64,000 nt of DNA from an uncultured delta proteobacterium (GTDB lineage Bacteria > Myxococcota > UBA727 > VGSZ01). Below are positions 30,836-40,485 of this stretch, piece after piece; positions within the stretch are counted from its first letter, which is position 1, and each line of letters opens with the position of its first letter. The stretch spans positions 96,001-160,000 of the forward strand of contig CAVZJB010000007.1 in NCBI GenBank assembly GCA_963775425.1, read 5' to 3'. The translations under genes were made by a program, and so were the position numbers. Below the pieces are notes generated by a model, which was not told where the DNA came from, did not search any database, and saw only the letters and a list, made by a program, of their open reading frames with translations.

Positions 30836-33579
30836 GCACCGATCCCAAGAACCTCGTCGGCGTCACGCTGTCCGGGCGCTACAAGATCGAGCGCCCCATC
30901 GGCGAGGGCGGCATGGGCGCCGTCTTCGAGGCCACGCAGCTCTCGCTCGGGCGCCACATCGCCATCAAGGTCGTCAAGCCCGGCGACGGCGCCGACGGCG
31001 TCGTCCCCGACGAGAGCATCAAGCGCTTCGAGCGCGAGACCGAGGCCATCGCCAAGCTCGCGCACCCCAACATCGTCCAGGTCCTCGACGCCGGACGCGC
31101 CGACGACGGCACCACCTACCTGGCCATGGAGCTCCTCGAGGGCGAGAACGTGCGCCAGCTCGTGCGCCGCGAGCGCGCCGTCCCCACGCCGCGCGCGCTC
31201 GCCATCCTCGAGGACGTCGCCAGCGCCCTGGTCGCCGCCCACGGCGCGGGCGTCATCCACCGGGACCTCAAGGGCGAAAACGTCATGCTCGTCCGCGCCG
31301 CGGGCAAGGAGGAGACCGCCAAGGTCCTCGACTTCGGCGTCGCGAAGGTGACGTCGCAGACCGAGGCGCCGCCCGTCACCGGCTCCGGCTTCGTCGCGGG
31401 AACGCCCGGCTGCATCGCGCCCGAACAGATGCTCGGCAAGAGCGACGACCCGAGAAGCGACCTCTACTCCGTCGGCGTGCTCGCGTTCGAGATGCTCGCG
31501 GGCCGCGCCCCGTTCGTCGCGGGCTCCACCATGGAGCTCATGCTCAAGCACCTCTCCGAGCCCGCGCCCTCGGTGGCCGCCGTCGCGCGCCAGAGCGGCT
31601 TCTCGGTGCCCGCGCCCGTCGACGCGCTCGTCGCCTCGCTGCTCGAGAAGGATCCCGAGCGCCGGCCCCGCGACGCCCGCGCGTTCCTCGACGTCGTGCG
31701 CGGGCTCCGCGACGCCGACCGCGCCACCATCGCCGACGTCCCCATCGGCGGGCTCCCCACGCCCGGCGGCTTCCCCGGCCTGCCCACGCCGGAGCAGCAG
31801 ATGACGGTCGGCTCGCGGGTCGTCGCCACGGTGGAGCCGCCGACGGCGCCGGCGCATCCGGCCCCGCCGACGTCGCCGGCGTCGTCGACGTCGCCGACGA
31901 CGTCGATGCCGTCGGTGACGGCCGCTTGCGCGCCGCAGTTGAAGCGGGGGCGGCCGCTGCTGCGGCTCGCGCTCACGGTGGCCGCCGCCTTCGCTGCCTT
32001 CACGGGGTACTGGCGCTTCTCCGTCTGGCGCGCCAATCAGCCCTCGCGCGTCCCCGCGGCCGCCGCGGCCATCGAGCGCGCCGAGGACGATCTGTGGAGG
32101 CTCGACCTCGACAGCCTCGACCACGACACCCAGGCCGCCATCGCCGCCGACCCCGACGCCGCCCGGTCTCACCTGCTGCAAGCGGCGGGCAAGCTCATCT
32201 ACCGAAGCCCGCTCGTTCGCGTCGACGCCGACCTCGTCCTCGCCAAGGCCGCCGCCGAGCGCCGCGGCTCGATGCTCGCCGTGCGCACGCCCACGTCGAG
32301 CTTCATCGGCGTCTTGTCCCTGTTCTCCGCGAGCGAGATGACGCGCGCCATGGAGGTGCACGTCAAGAACTTCGGCTGCGAGCCGCTCGACACCGAGATC
32401 GTCGCGCTCAAGCTGATGGAGATCTCCGCGCCGCTCGACCTGCTCGACGAGGCGTTGAAGCACATCGGCGACGACGACCGACCGCTGGCGCTCTTCACGC
32501 GCGCGCGCATTGCGGAGCAGCACGGCAACCTCGACGAAGCGCACGCTCTCCTCGCGCGCGCCGAGGAGCAGGCGCCCGGCAGGCTGGCCATCGTCGACGC
32601 GCTCGCCGACGTCGATCTGCGCCGCGGCGATCGGGCTTCGGCCGAGGCGCGCCTCGAGAAGGTCGCAGCGCGCGAGGACGCCGCCGCCATCCGCCTCGCC
32701 GCGCTGCGCGCGCGTGACGGCCAGGCCGACGCCTTCGACGCCGTCACCGAGCGCGTGCACGGCCTGCCCGCTCACTCCGTGCAGCGCATCGACGAGCTCG
32801 CGTCCATCGGCTACCACCTCGCCGCCCTCGGCCGCTTCCGCGAGGCGGAGAAGCTCTGGCGCGAGAGCATCGCGGACCGCCCGCCCGGCGACGTGCTCGG
32901 CAACGCGCGCGCGCTCGAGCTCGCGGCGGTCGTCATGTTCTTCGGCCTCACCGCCGACGACGCGTCTTTGACGCAGCGCTGGAGCGACGTGCTCGGCGAG
33001 ATCCCGCTCGTGTCCGGCGCGGGCTCCGAGCGCCTCGCCGTGTTCACCATCACGTCCAGGGCGCTGAGCGTGATCATGAGCGGAAAGAAGGACCTGAGCG
33101 AGGCGCACGCCGACCTCGCGCTCCTCGAGAAGAGCAAGAACGACATCCCGCTGCTCGCCCACGAGGTGCGCTTCTACCTCGCGCTCGCGGAGCATCGGCT
33201 CGACGACGCCATTGCGGCGGCGTCGCAGGTCGATCCGTGCTTCCGTGAGCACAACATGGCCATGGTGGCCGCGCTCGAGGGCGACCTCGACGGACGGCGC
33301 GCCAGGCTCGACGTCGCGGTGAGCCCGGAGATCGAGCGCCGCTGCACGACGGGGGACGAGACCCTGAGCTACCTCGGGCAGGTGTCCTTCGCCTGCGCGC
33401 TCGGCGAGCGCGCGGCGTTGGCGCTGAAGAGCGGCGACGTCGACGGCGCGCGCGCGCTCGTCGTGCGCTACCACCGCTTCTGGCCGAGCGCCGACCCGCC
33501 GCCCGAGGGCTTCGGCGACGGTCGCGTCAGCGGCCGCTCTCTCATCCGCGACATCGAGGCCAAGCTGCCGCCCCCGTGA
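30832..33579 (+). CDS. Transmembrane Ser/Thr kinase with extracytoplasmic TPR-like region
   Basis: GEGGMG, AIK, HRDLKGEN, DFG, APE; TM segment; helical repeats. Confidence 0.92.
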   Translation: MSTDPKNLVGVTLSGRYKIERPIGEGGMGAVFEATQLSLGRHIAIKVVKPGDGADGVVPDESIKRFERETEAIAKLAHPNIVQVLDAGRADDGTTYLAMELLEGENVRQLVRRERAVPTPRALAILEDVASALVAAHGAGVIHRDLKGENVMLVRAAGKEETAKVLDFGVAKVTSQTEAPPVTGSGFVAGTPGCIAPEQMLGKSDDPRSDLYSVGVLAFEMLAGRAPFVAGSTMELMLKHLSEPAPSVAAVARQSGFSVPAPVDALVASLLEKDPERRPRDARAFLDVVRGLRDADRATIADVPIGGLPTPGGFPGLPTPEQQMTVGSRVVATVEPPTAPAHPAPPTSPASSTSPTTSMPSVTAACAPQLKRGRPLLRLALTVAAAFAAFTGYWRFSVWRANQPSRVPAAAAAIERAEDDLWRLDLDSLDHDTQAAIAADPDAARSHLLQAAGKLIYRSPLVRVDADLVLAKAAAERRGSMLAVRTPTSSFIGVLSLFSASEMTRAMEVHVKNFGCEPLDTEIVALKLMEISAPLDLLDEALKHIGDDDRPLALFTRARIAEQHGNLDEAHALLARAEEQAPGRLAIVDALADVDLRRGDRASAEARLEKVAAREDAAAIRLAALRARDGQADAFDAVTERVHGLPAHSVQRIDELASIGYHLAALGRFREAEKLWRESIADRPPGDVLGNARALELAAVVMFFGLTADDASLTQRWSDVLGEIPLVSGAGSERLAVFTITSRALSVIMSGKKDLSEAHADLALLEKSKNDIPLLAHEVRFYLALAEHRLDDAIAAASQVDPCFREHNMAMVAALEGDLDGRRARLDVAVSPEIERRCTTGDETLSYLGQVSFACALGERAALALKSGDVDGARALVVRYHRFWPSADPPPEGFGDGRVSGRSLIRDIEAKLPPP

Positions 33580-33704
33580 TCAGCGCGGCGCGGCCCCACG
33601 CTCGCTAAACGGGGCGCGATGTCGCTACCATCGCTCGGTGCGCACGGACACCCGCCCGGTCCTGGTTCGCTTTGTCCCCGACAGGCTGCGCGCGGCGTAC
33701 GACG

Positions 33705-34325
33705 ATGTTCAGCGCTGAAGAATTCCGCGAGGTCTACGCGCTCTTGAACGTCGACCAGACCGTCGACGACGCCGGCGCCGCGGTGGACTGCGGCGTGCGC
33801 TGCGACAAGCACTGCTGCCGTCCCGGGCAGACCACCAAGTACCTGCTGCCCGGCGAGCGCGGCTTCCTCAGCGAGGCGCTCGCGGACCGGGGGGAGCCGC
33901 CGTTCGCGTTCACGTCGCTCGGCTTCTTCGACTCCATCGTGGAGCCCCCGACGCGCGCGTGTGCCTGCGAGCCGCTGCGCGAGCTGCGCCCGTTCAACTG
34001 CCGCGTCTTCCCGTATTCGCCGCGCTTCGAGGGGCGGCGCGTGGTGGGCGTGAAGAAGGGCGACTTCAAGTACCTGGAGCCCTGTTGGATCACGACGCCG
34101 GCGCCGCGGTGGGAGAACAACGCCGTCGACGTGTGGCAGCGCGTCCTCGACGACACCGACAACCGCGCGTTCTTCGCGCGGCTCGGGACGCTGTGGGAGT
34201 GGCACAAGGCGGCCGAGCGGGGCGAAGAGCCCGGCCACGTGCTGACGGCGCTCGCGGCGCTGGACCAGGCGGGGGACGACGACGTATGGGAGTGCGCGGT
34301 GCGCTTCTTTTCGCGCACGGACTGA
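33705..34325 (+). CDS. YkgJ-like cysteine-cluster protein
   Basis: DCGVRCDKHCC, C...R..RP.NCR.FP, terminal C. Confidence 0.7.
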   Translation: MFSAEEFREVYALLNVDQTVDDAGAAVDCGVRCDKHCCRPGQTTKYLLPGERGFLSEALADRGEPPFAFTSLGFFDSIVEPPTRACACEPLRELRPFNCRVFPYSPRFEGRRVVGVKKGDFKYLEPCWITTPAPRWENNAVDVWQRVLDDTDNRAFFARLGTLWEWHKAAERGEEPGHVLTALAALDQAGDDDVWECAVRFFSRTD

Positions 34326-34335
34326 GGCTCGCGGC

Positions 34336-34935
34336 ATGAAGAAGCCCAACGTCGTCGTCGCCATCGTGCTCGGGTTGATCGCGCCCGGCGCAGGTCTGTT
34401 GTACGCGGGCTGGGCCAAGACGGCGCTCGTCGTGATCGTGCTGTTCGTGGCGTCGGCGGTGGGCCTGCCGTACCTCGCCACCGCGGGCACCATCGATCCC
34501 GCGCGGCTGCCGTCCCTGTGGGCCATCGACGCGCTCCTGCTCATCGGACCGGCCGCCGGCGCGGGCGCCGTCGCCGCGGTGCGGGCGCAGCCGTCGAAGC
34601 GGCCGCCATGGACGCACCCCTGGTGGGTGCTCGGCGTCGTCATCCTCACGTGGTTCTCCACGAGCCAGTTGCGCGCGCGCGTGGTGGTGCCGCACCTGGT
34701 CTCGTTCACCTACGCGGACGCCCGCTACGAGCCCGACATCAAGGAGGGCGCGCTCGTCGTCGTCAAGCGACGCTACGCGCCCGACGAGGTGCGGCCCGAC
34801 GCGCTGGTGCTCGTGTCCTCGCCGAAGGGCGACCACCTGCGCCGCGTCCGCTCCACCGACAGCGGCATCGTCCTCGACGACGACACCCGGGTGTCGCCCG
34901 CCGACGTCCTCGGCGTCGCCGTCCCCGCGCGCTGA
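34336..34935 (+). CDS. Membrane protein with degenerate signal peptidase I (S26)-like domain
   Basis: PGAGLLY.G N-terminus, TM helices, RYEPDIKEG (cf. SMxPTLxxG), LRRV (cf. IKRV). Confidence 0.6.
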   Translation: MKKPNVVVAIVLGLIAPGAGLLYAGWAKTALVVIVLFVASAVGLPYLATAGTIDPARLPSLWAIDALLLIGPAAGAGAVAAVRAQPSKRPPWTHPWWVLGVVILTWFSTSQLRARVVVPHLVSFTYADARYEPDIKEGALVVVKRRYAPDEVRPDALVLVSSPKGDHLRRVRSTDSGIVLDDDTRVSPADVLGVAVPAR

Positions 34936-35264
34936 ACGGCGGCGCGCCCCTCTCGCAGGGTCAGCGGATCATCGAGCACGATGGCTCGGCGTCGACGTAC
35001 AGCTCCATGGTGTCGTCGTCGTTTTCGAGGCCCGTGGCCTCGGCGTCGGGGGCGGTGACGGCGCGGCCGTCGATGCAGGTCACGACATCGTCCGAGATGT
35101 CGTCCGCCGAGCAGCGCGCGCGCCGGGTGCCCATGGGTCGATCGTGAATGCGAGACGCGTGCCCGCGCGCGTGCACCGCGCACACGCCGGTGCGAGCGCA
35201 CGCGGGCCGCTTTCTCCCTGCGATCTCGGGCGCGCGCTGCGGCCCGCAGGCAGCAGCAGCCTAG

Positions 35265-36011
35265 CTAGGCGGCGAGGGCGACGATGCGGGCGGCGCTGGC
35301 GTCGACGTCGAGGGCGCTGGTGTCCACCACCAGATCCGCGGCCGCGTACAGCGGGGCGCGGGCGGCGTAGAGCGCCTCGAGCTCTGCCCGGGCGCGGGCG
35401 CGCTGGTGCATGGGCCGCACGTCGCCCTGGGCGAGCACCCGATCCCAGTGCTCCTGCGGCGTCGCCTTCAGCCAGACCGTCAGCGCGCGCGACCGCAACA
35501 GGCCCCAGGACTCGTCGTGGGTGACGACGCCGCCGCCGGTGGCGATCACGGCCGGATCGGCCCGGCCGAGCAAGGTCATCAGCACCCTGCGCTCGAGCGT
35601 CCGATAATGAGCTTCGCCGTGGAGCGCGAACAGCTCGGCGAGGGACATGCCGGCCTCGCGCTCGATCTCTTTGTCGAGCTCCACGAAGGACCAGCCGAGC
35701 CCGCGCGCCACCCGCTTGCCCACCGCGGACTTGCCCGCGCCCCGCAGCCCGAGCAGCGCCACCGGGCGGGCGCTCTGCGCGCGCTCGAGGAGCCCGATGA
35801 CGTCGACGTCGAGGGCGCCGGCGAGATCGTGCAGCGATCCCAGCGACGGGTTGGCCCGGCCGCCCTCGACCTCGGCGAGGAAGCGCAGGGACAAGCCCGA
35901 GCGCTCGGACAGCGCCGCCCGCGTCAGCCCCCGCGCGTCCCGCAGCGAGCGGACGCGCTCGCCCAGCGAGGCCTTCCAGGGCGCGCCATGGGTCGGCGTC
36001 GGCGTGGACAT
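35265..36011 (-). CDS. boxR: XRE-HTH + shikimate kinase-like regulator (BzdR/BoxR family)
   Basis: LGERVR..R..RGLTR..L...SGLS.RFLA.VEGG.ANPS; GLRGAGKS; GGG; RVLAQGD.RPM; divergent from boxC. Confidence 0.92.
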   Translation of the reverse strand: MSTPTPTHGAPWKASLGERVRSLRDARGLTRAALSERSGLSLRFLAEVEGGRANPSLGSLHDLAGALDVDVIGLLERAQSARPVALLGLRGAGKSAVGKRVARGLGWSFVELDKEIEREAGMSLAELFALHGEAHYRTLERRVLMTLLGRADPAVIATGGGVVTHDESWGLLRSRALTVWLKATPQEHWDRVLAQGDVRPMHQRARARAELEALYAARAPLYAAADLVVDTSALDVDASAARIVALAA

Positions 36012-36014
36012 GGA

Positions 36015-36060
36015 TGCATCATAATGCGCTTGTGCCGCCTGGCGCAAGCAGTATAGTGCG
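36015..36060. promoter_or_regulatory. Two BzdR/BoxR-type operator boxes overlapping divergent -10 elements
   Basis: TGCA-tcataa-TGCG (36015-36028) and AGCA-gtatag-TGCG (36047-36060) resemble the TGCA-N6-TGCA operator of this family. Confidence 0.65.
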
Positions 36061-36065
36061 CCTCC

Positions 36066-37706
36066 ATGGACATCTCCTTCACCACCCGCCCCGACAAGTA
36101 CAAGCACTGGCAGCTCAGCTTCGACGGCGAGATCGCCAAGCTGGCGATGGACGTCGACGAGCGCGGCGGCCTCGGGGACTACGTCCTCAAGCAGAACAGC
36201 TACGACCTCGGCGTGGACATCGAGCTCGCAGACGCGGTGGAGCGTCTCCGCTTCGGGCACCCCGAGGTGAAGGCGGTGGTGATCACGGGGCTGAAGGACA
36301 AGGTGTTCTGCTCGGGCGCCAACATCTTCATGCTCGGGTCGTCGTCGCACGCGTTCAAGGTGAACTTCTGCAAGTTCACCAACGAGACGCGCCTCGGCAT
36401 CGAGGACGCGTCGGCGCACTCGGGCCTCAAGTTCCTCGCGGCGCTCAACGGCACCGCCGCCGGCGGCGGCTACGAGCTCGCGCTCGCCTGCGACGACATC
36501 CTCCTCCTCGACGACGCCAGCTCCGCCATCAGCTTCCCCGAGGTGCCGCTGCTCGGCGTGCTCCCGGGCACCGGCGGCCTCACGCGCATCACCGACAAGC
36601 GCAAGGTGCGCCGCGACCTGTGCGACGCCTTCGCCACCACCGCCGAGGGCGTGAAGGGCAAGCGCGCCATCGAGTGGAAGCTCGTCGACGCCATCGCTCC
36701 GAAGACCGGCTGGGCCGACGCCGTGAAGAAGCGCGCCGAGGCGCTCGCCGCCAGGTCCGATCGCCCGGGCAAGGGCGCGGTGGGCCTCGACCTCGACGAC
36801 GTCTCCCCCGTCATCGACGGCACCAGCTTCACCTATCGCCACGTCACCATGCTCGTGGACCCGAAGAAGCGCACCGCGGAGATCACGCTCAAGGCGCCCA
36901 CCGAGAAGCAGCCGAGCACCGGCGACGCGATGCTCAAGAAGGGCAACGACCTGTGGGGCCTGCGTGTGTGGCGTGAGCTCGACGACTGCCTGCTGCGGCT
37001 GCGCCTGAGCTTCCTCGAGGTCGGCCTCGTCACCGTGAAGACCGAAGGCGATCCCGCGTTCATGCTCGACTGGGAGGAGCACCTGCTCGCCTGCCAGGAT
37101 CACTGGTTCGCCCGCGAGGTGCTCGGGAAGACGAAGCGCGTGCTCAAGCGCGTCGACGTCACCAGCCGCACCTTCCTGGCGTTGGTGGAGCCCGGCTCCT
37201 GCTTCGCGGGCGCGTTCGCCGAGCTGCTCTTCTGCGCCGACCGCAGCTACATGCTCGACGACAGCGAGGCGGAGCACCCGGCGGTGGTCACGCTCACGGC
37301 GATGAACATGGGCCCGCTGCCGATGGGCAACGGCCTCACCCGCCTGCAGACCCGCTTCTTCGGCGACGACGAGGCGCTCGCGCGCCTGCGCACCCACGGG
37401 CGGCCCACGGGCCCCGACGTCGCCGAGAAGGTCGGCCTCGTCACCTTCGTGCGCGACGAGATCGACTACCCCGACGAGGTCCGCATGTTCATCGGCGAGC
37501 GCACGTCGCTGTCGCCGGACGCGCTCACGGGCATGGAGCAGAACCTGCGCTGGCCGGGCCCCGAGACCATGGAGACCCGGATCTTCGGCCGCCTGTCGGC
37601 GTGGCAGAACTGGATCTTCACGCGCCCGAACGCCACCGGCGACAAGGGCGCGCTCACGGTCTACGGCTCGCCGGACCGCCCGAGCTTCGACATGAGGCGC
37701 ACCTGA
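36066..37706 (+). CDS. boxC: 2,3-epoxybenzoyl-CoA dihydrolase
   Basis: YKHW.L, NSYDLGVDIELADA, FCSGANI.ML, KVNFCKFTNETR, ETMETRIFGRL.AWQNWIF.RPNA. Confidence 0.96.
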   Translation: MDISFTTRPDKYKHWQLSFDGEIAKLAMDVDERGGLGDYVLKQNSYDLGVDIELADAVERLRFGHPEVKAVVITGLKDKVFCSGANIFMLGSSSHAFKVNFCKFTNETRLGIEDASAHSGLKFLAALNGTAAGGGYELALACDDILLLDDASSAISFPEVPLLGVLPGTGGLTRITDKRKVRRDLCDAFATTAEGVKGKRAIEWKLVDAIAPKTGWADAVKKRAEALAARSDRPGKGAVGLDLDDVSPVIDGTSFTYRHVTMLVDPKKRTAEITLKAPTEKQPSTGDAMLKKGNDLWGLRVWRELDDCLLRLRLSFLEVGLVTVKTEGDPAFMLDWEEHLLACQDHWFAREVLGKTKRVLKRVDVTSRTFLALVEPGSCFAGAFAELLFCADRSYMLDDSEAEHPAVVTLTAMNMGPLPMGNGLTRLQTRFFGDDEALARLRTHGRPTGPDVAEKVGLVTFVRDEIDYPDEVRMFIGERTSLSPDALTGMEQNLRWPGPETMETRIFGRLSAWQNWIFTRPNATGDKGALTVYGSPDRPSFDMRRT

Positions 37707-37907
37707 TGCTCGACCACCTCGGCATCACCGTTGTGAATTTCGAGCGCATGCGCGCGTTCTACGAGCGCGCGCTCGCTCGGGCGCGGGAGCAAGCCCACGG
37801 AGCCGCGCGTGCACATCGCGCTGACGGCGTCGTCGCGTGCGGCCTGCGTGCTCGACCCGGAGGGCCACAACCTCGAGGCCGTCACCCACACGCCGGAGGC
37901 GGCGTGA
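37706..37907 (+). pseudogene. VOC/glyoxalase family gene remnant with internal deletions and a frameshift
   Basis: MLDHLGITV.NFER.RAFYERALA in one frame, then VHIALTASSRA / ACVLDPEGHNLEAVTH-stop in another; central segments missing. Confidence 0.75.
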
Positions 37908-38392
37908 CCGTCGGGGGGCTGCGCGCACCGCGCGTCGTCATCGCCGGCGCCGCCGTCGCCGCCGTCGTCGTCGTCGCGGCCGGGTGCACCCACCCTTCGC
38001 ACGAGGACGACGCGTACGACCTCGCCAAGGCGCAAGCCAAGAGCGACCTCGGATGCAGCGACGTCACCGTGCGCAAGATGGGTCAGCTCGACGACAACTA
38101 CGAGTACCAGGCCAAGGGCTGCGACGACGTCTACAGCTACGGCGTCGAGTGCGACGGGGGCTGCCGCATCGCCGCCGGCGTCCGCGGCCCCGGCCTCGCC
38201 GGCACGTGGCACAAGGCGGGGTCCATCATCGATCGCGCCATGGACTCGTGGGACGAGATGGATCGGCGCCAGCAAAAGATGCACGAAGACAACGAGGCGT
38301 TCCGCCGCGATGTCGAAGCGCGGCAGCGCAAGGTCTGGGACATGGTCGACCACAAGCTCGCCCAGCCCGCGCCCGAGGAGCCGGCGCGATGA
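37904..38392 (+). CDS. Cys-motif lipoprotein (paralog A)
   Basis: Lipobox AAGC; A..DLGC...Y.A.GC...Y.VEC..GC. Confidence 0.7.
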   Translation: MTVGGLRAPRVVIAGAAVAAVVVVAAGCTHPSHEDDAYDLAKAQAKSDLGCSDVTVRKMGQLDDNYEYQAKGCDDVYSYGVECDGGCRIAAGVRGPGLAGTWHKAGSIIDRAMDSWDEMDRRQQKMHEDNEAFRRDVEARQRKVWDMVDHKLAQPAPEEPAR

Positions 38393-38572
38393 GGGGCGCC
38401 GCGGGCACCGCCGGGCTCACGCTCACGCTCACGCTCACGGCGGCGGCGCCCGCGACGGCGGAGCCCGCGGTGGCGACCGGAGACGACGCCGCCGGCCACG
38501 AAGGCGATCGTGCTCGGGCACGTCGCCGGCGTCGGCCTCACTTTCTGTCCCACCACCTGCACCTGAGGACCC

Positions 38573-38944
38573 ATGACTCGTCGACCCGCGCTCATCCTGC
38601 TCTTGCTGTGTAGCGCCCTCGCCGGGCTCGCCGGGGGATGCGTGTCCACCAAGACGCTCATGTCGGAGTCGGTGCAACAACGAGCGGAGCAGGACCTGTT
38701 GTGCGACGCGGCGAGCACCAAGATTCGCCAGGTCGGCACCATCTCGCACTACCAGGGCGGCCGGCAGGGCAGCGTCGAGCGAGCGACGTTCTCCGCCGAG
38801 GGCTGCGGCGACAGCGAGGTCTACAACGTGGAGTGCATCCGCGGCGTGTGCTTCGCCAACCGAGACGTCCCTCCCAAGGACAAGAAGCACCCGAGCTACT
38901 ACGACGACAACAACGGCAACGGCGAAGCAGGAGCGCAACAGTGA
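38573..38944 (+). CDS. Cys-motif lipoprotein (paralog B)
   Basis: GAGGA RBS; lipobox AGGC; A..DLLC...F.A.GC...Y.VEC..GVC. Confidence 0.75.
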   Translation: MTRRPALILLLLCSALAGLAGGCVSTKTLMSESVQQRAEQDLLCDAASTKIRQVGTISHYQGGRQGSVERATFSAEGCGDSEVYNVECIRGVCFANRDVPPKDKKHPSYYDDNNGNGEAGAQQ

Positions 38945-40362
38945 CGACGACATCCGCGGTCAACAACGACAAGATCCCCAACAACGTCGACTTGTCGTCG
39001 GACAAGCGACTGCAGCGCGCGCTCGAGCAGTGGCAACCCGCGTTCATCGACTGGTGGAAGGAGATGGGCCCCGAGGGCTTCCAGGACAAGGACGTCTACC
39101 TGCGCACCGCGGTCAGCGTCGACGTCGACGGTTGGGCCCTCTTCGACCACGTGAAGATGCCGGACTACCGCTGGGGCATCTTCCTCGCCACGCGCGACCC
39201 CGAGCGCAAGGTGCCCTTCGGCGACCACGTGGGCGAGCCCGCCTGGCAGGAGGTGCCCGGCGAGCACAGAAACGCGCTCCGCCGCCTCATCGTCACCCAG
39301 GGCGACACCGAGCCCGCCAGCGTCGAGCAGCAGCGGCTGCTCGCGCAGACGGCGCCGTCGCTCTACGACATGCGCAACCTGTTCCAGGTGAACGTCGAAG
39401 AGGGGCGTCACCTGTGGGCCATGGTCTATCTGCTGCACAGCTACTTCGGCAAAGACGGCCGCGAGGAGGCCGAGGAGCTCCTGCAGCGCCGCTCGGGCAA
39501 CGTCGACAAGCCGCGCATCCTCACCACCTTCAACGAGCCCATCAGCGACTGGCTCAGCTTCTTCATGTTCACGATGTTCACGGACCGCGACGGCAAGTAC
39601 CAGTTGCTCTCGCTCGCCGAGAGCGGCTTCGATCCGCTCGCCCGCACGTGCAAGTTCATGCTCACCGAGGAAGCGCACCACATGTTCGTCGGGCAGACCG
39701 GCGTGCGCCGTATCGTCAAGCGCGCCTGCGAGCTGATGAAGGAGCATGACGTCGAGGACATCAAGCCGTTCGGCGGCGTCCCGCTCGCGCTCATCCAGAA
39801 GTACGTGAACTTCTGGTACTCGAGCTCGCTCGACCTGTTCGGCAGCGAGAAGTCCTCCAACGCCGCCAGCTACTTCGCCGCCGGCCTCAAGGGCCGCGCG
39901 CACGAGCAGAACTACGCGGACCACAAGGCCGCCGACGGCATCTACGCCATGGACGTCCTCGCCGCCGACAAGGTGGAGAAGGAAGAGGTCCCCATGCGCG
40001 TGGCCATGAACGAGGTGCTCCGCGACGGCTACGTGAAGGACAACGAAAACGGCGTGTCCAAGTGGAACACGGAGCTCGACGAGCAGGGCATGAAGGACTT
40101 CCGCTTCCGCCTGCCTTCGCGCCGCTTCAACCGCAAGGTGGGCATGTGGAGCGAGGCCCGCTTCGACCTCGACGGCAAGCTCATCACCGAGGCCGAGTGG
40201 GACAAGAGGAAGAGCGAGTGGCTCCCCACCGAGGACGAGAAGAAGTTCGTGCGCTCGCTGATGCAGCAAGTCGTCGAGCCGGGCAAGATCGCCGGCTGGA
40301 TCGCGCCGCCGCTCAAGGGCATCAACGACAGGCCCTTCGCGTTCGACTACGTCAAGCTCTGA
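38941..40362 (+). CDS. boxB: Benzoyl-CoA 2,3-epoxidase subunit B (diiron)
   Basis: KIPNNV.L..D..LQRALE.WQP, TQGDTEPASVEQQ, EEGRH, DRDGKYQL, EEAHH. Confidence 0.96.
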   Translation: MTTTSAVNNDKIPNNVDLSSDKRLQRALEQWQPAFIDWWKEMGPEGFQDKDVYLRTAVSVDVDGWALFDHVKMPDYRWGIFLATRDPERKVPFGDHVGEPAWQEVPGEHRNALRRLIVTQGDTEPASVEQQRLLAQTAPSLYDMRNLFQVNVEEGRHLWAMVYLLHSYFGKDGREEAEELLQRRSGNVDKPRILTTFNEPISDWLSFFMFTMFTDRDGKYQLLSLAESGFDPLARTCKFMLTEEAHHMFVGQTGVRRIVKRACELMKEHDVEDIKPFGGVPLALIQKYVNFWYSSSLDLFGSEKSSNAASYFAAGLKGRAHEQNYADHKAADGIYAMDVLAADKVEKEEVPMRVAMNEVLRDGYVKDNENGVSKWNTELDEQGMKDFRFRLPSRRFNRKVGMWSEARFDLDGKLITEAEWDKRKSEWLPTEDEKKFVRSLMQQVVEPGKIAGWIAPPLKGINDRPFAFDYVKL

Positions 40363-40485
40363 GGCGCGCGTGGTCGCCTCCGACGGACGGGACCGGGGAC
40401 GCGCGTGACGGAGCGGGCCCCGGGCTGACGACGGCGGCGCCGTCGACGTGAGCGGGCCTCACGCGCGCTGTGACTGCGTGCCCTG

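Noticed and set aside
34961-35185. Short acidic ORF on the minus strand
   Set aside because: No recognisable motif or clear initiation signal; cannot be supported as a gene.
37601-38392. Apparent VOC-lipoprotein fusion ORF
   Set aside because: Results from the frameshifted VOC remnant reading into the next gene's frame.
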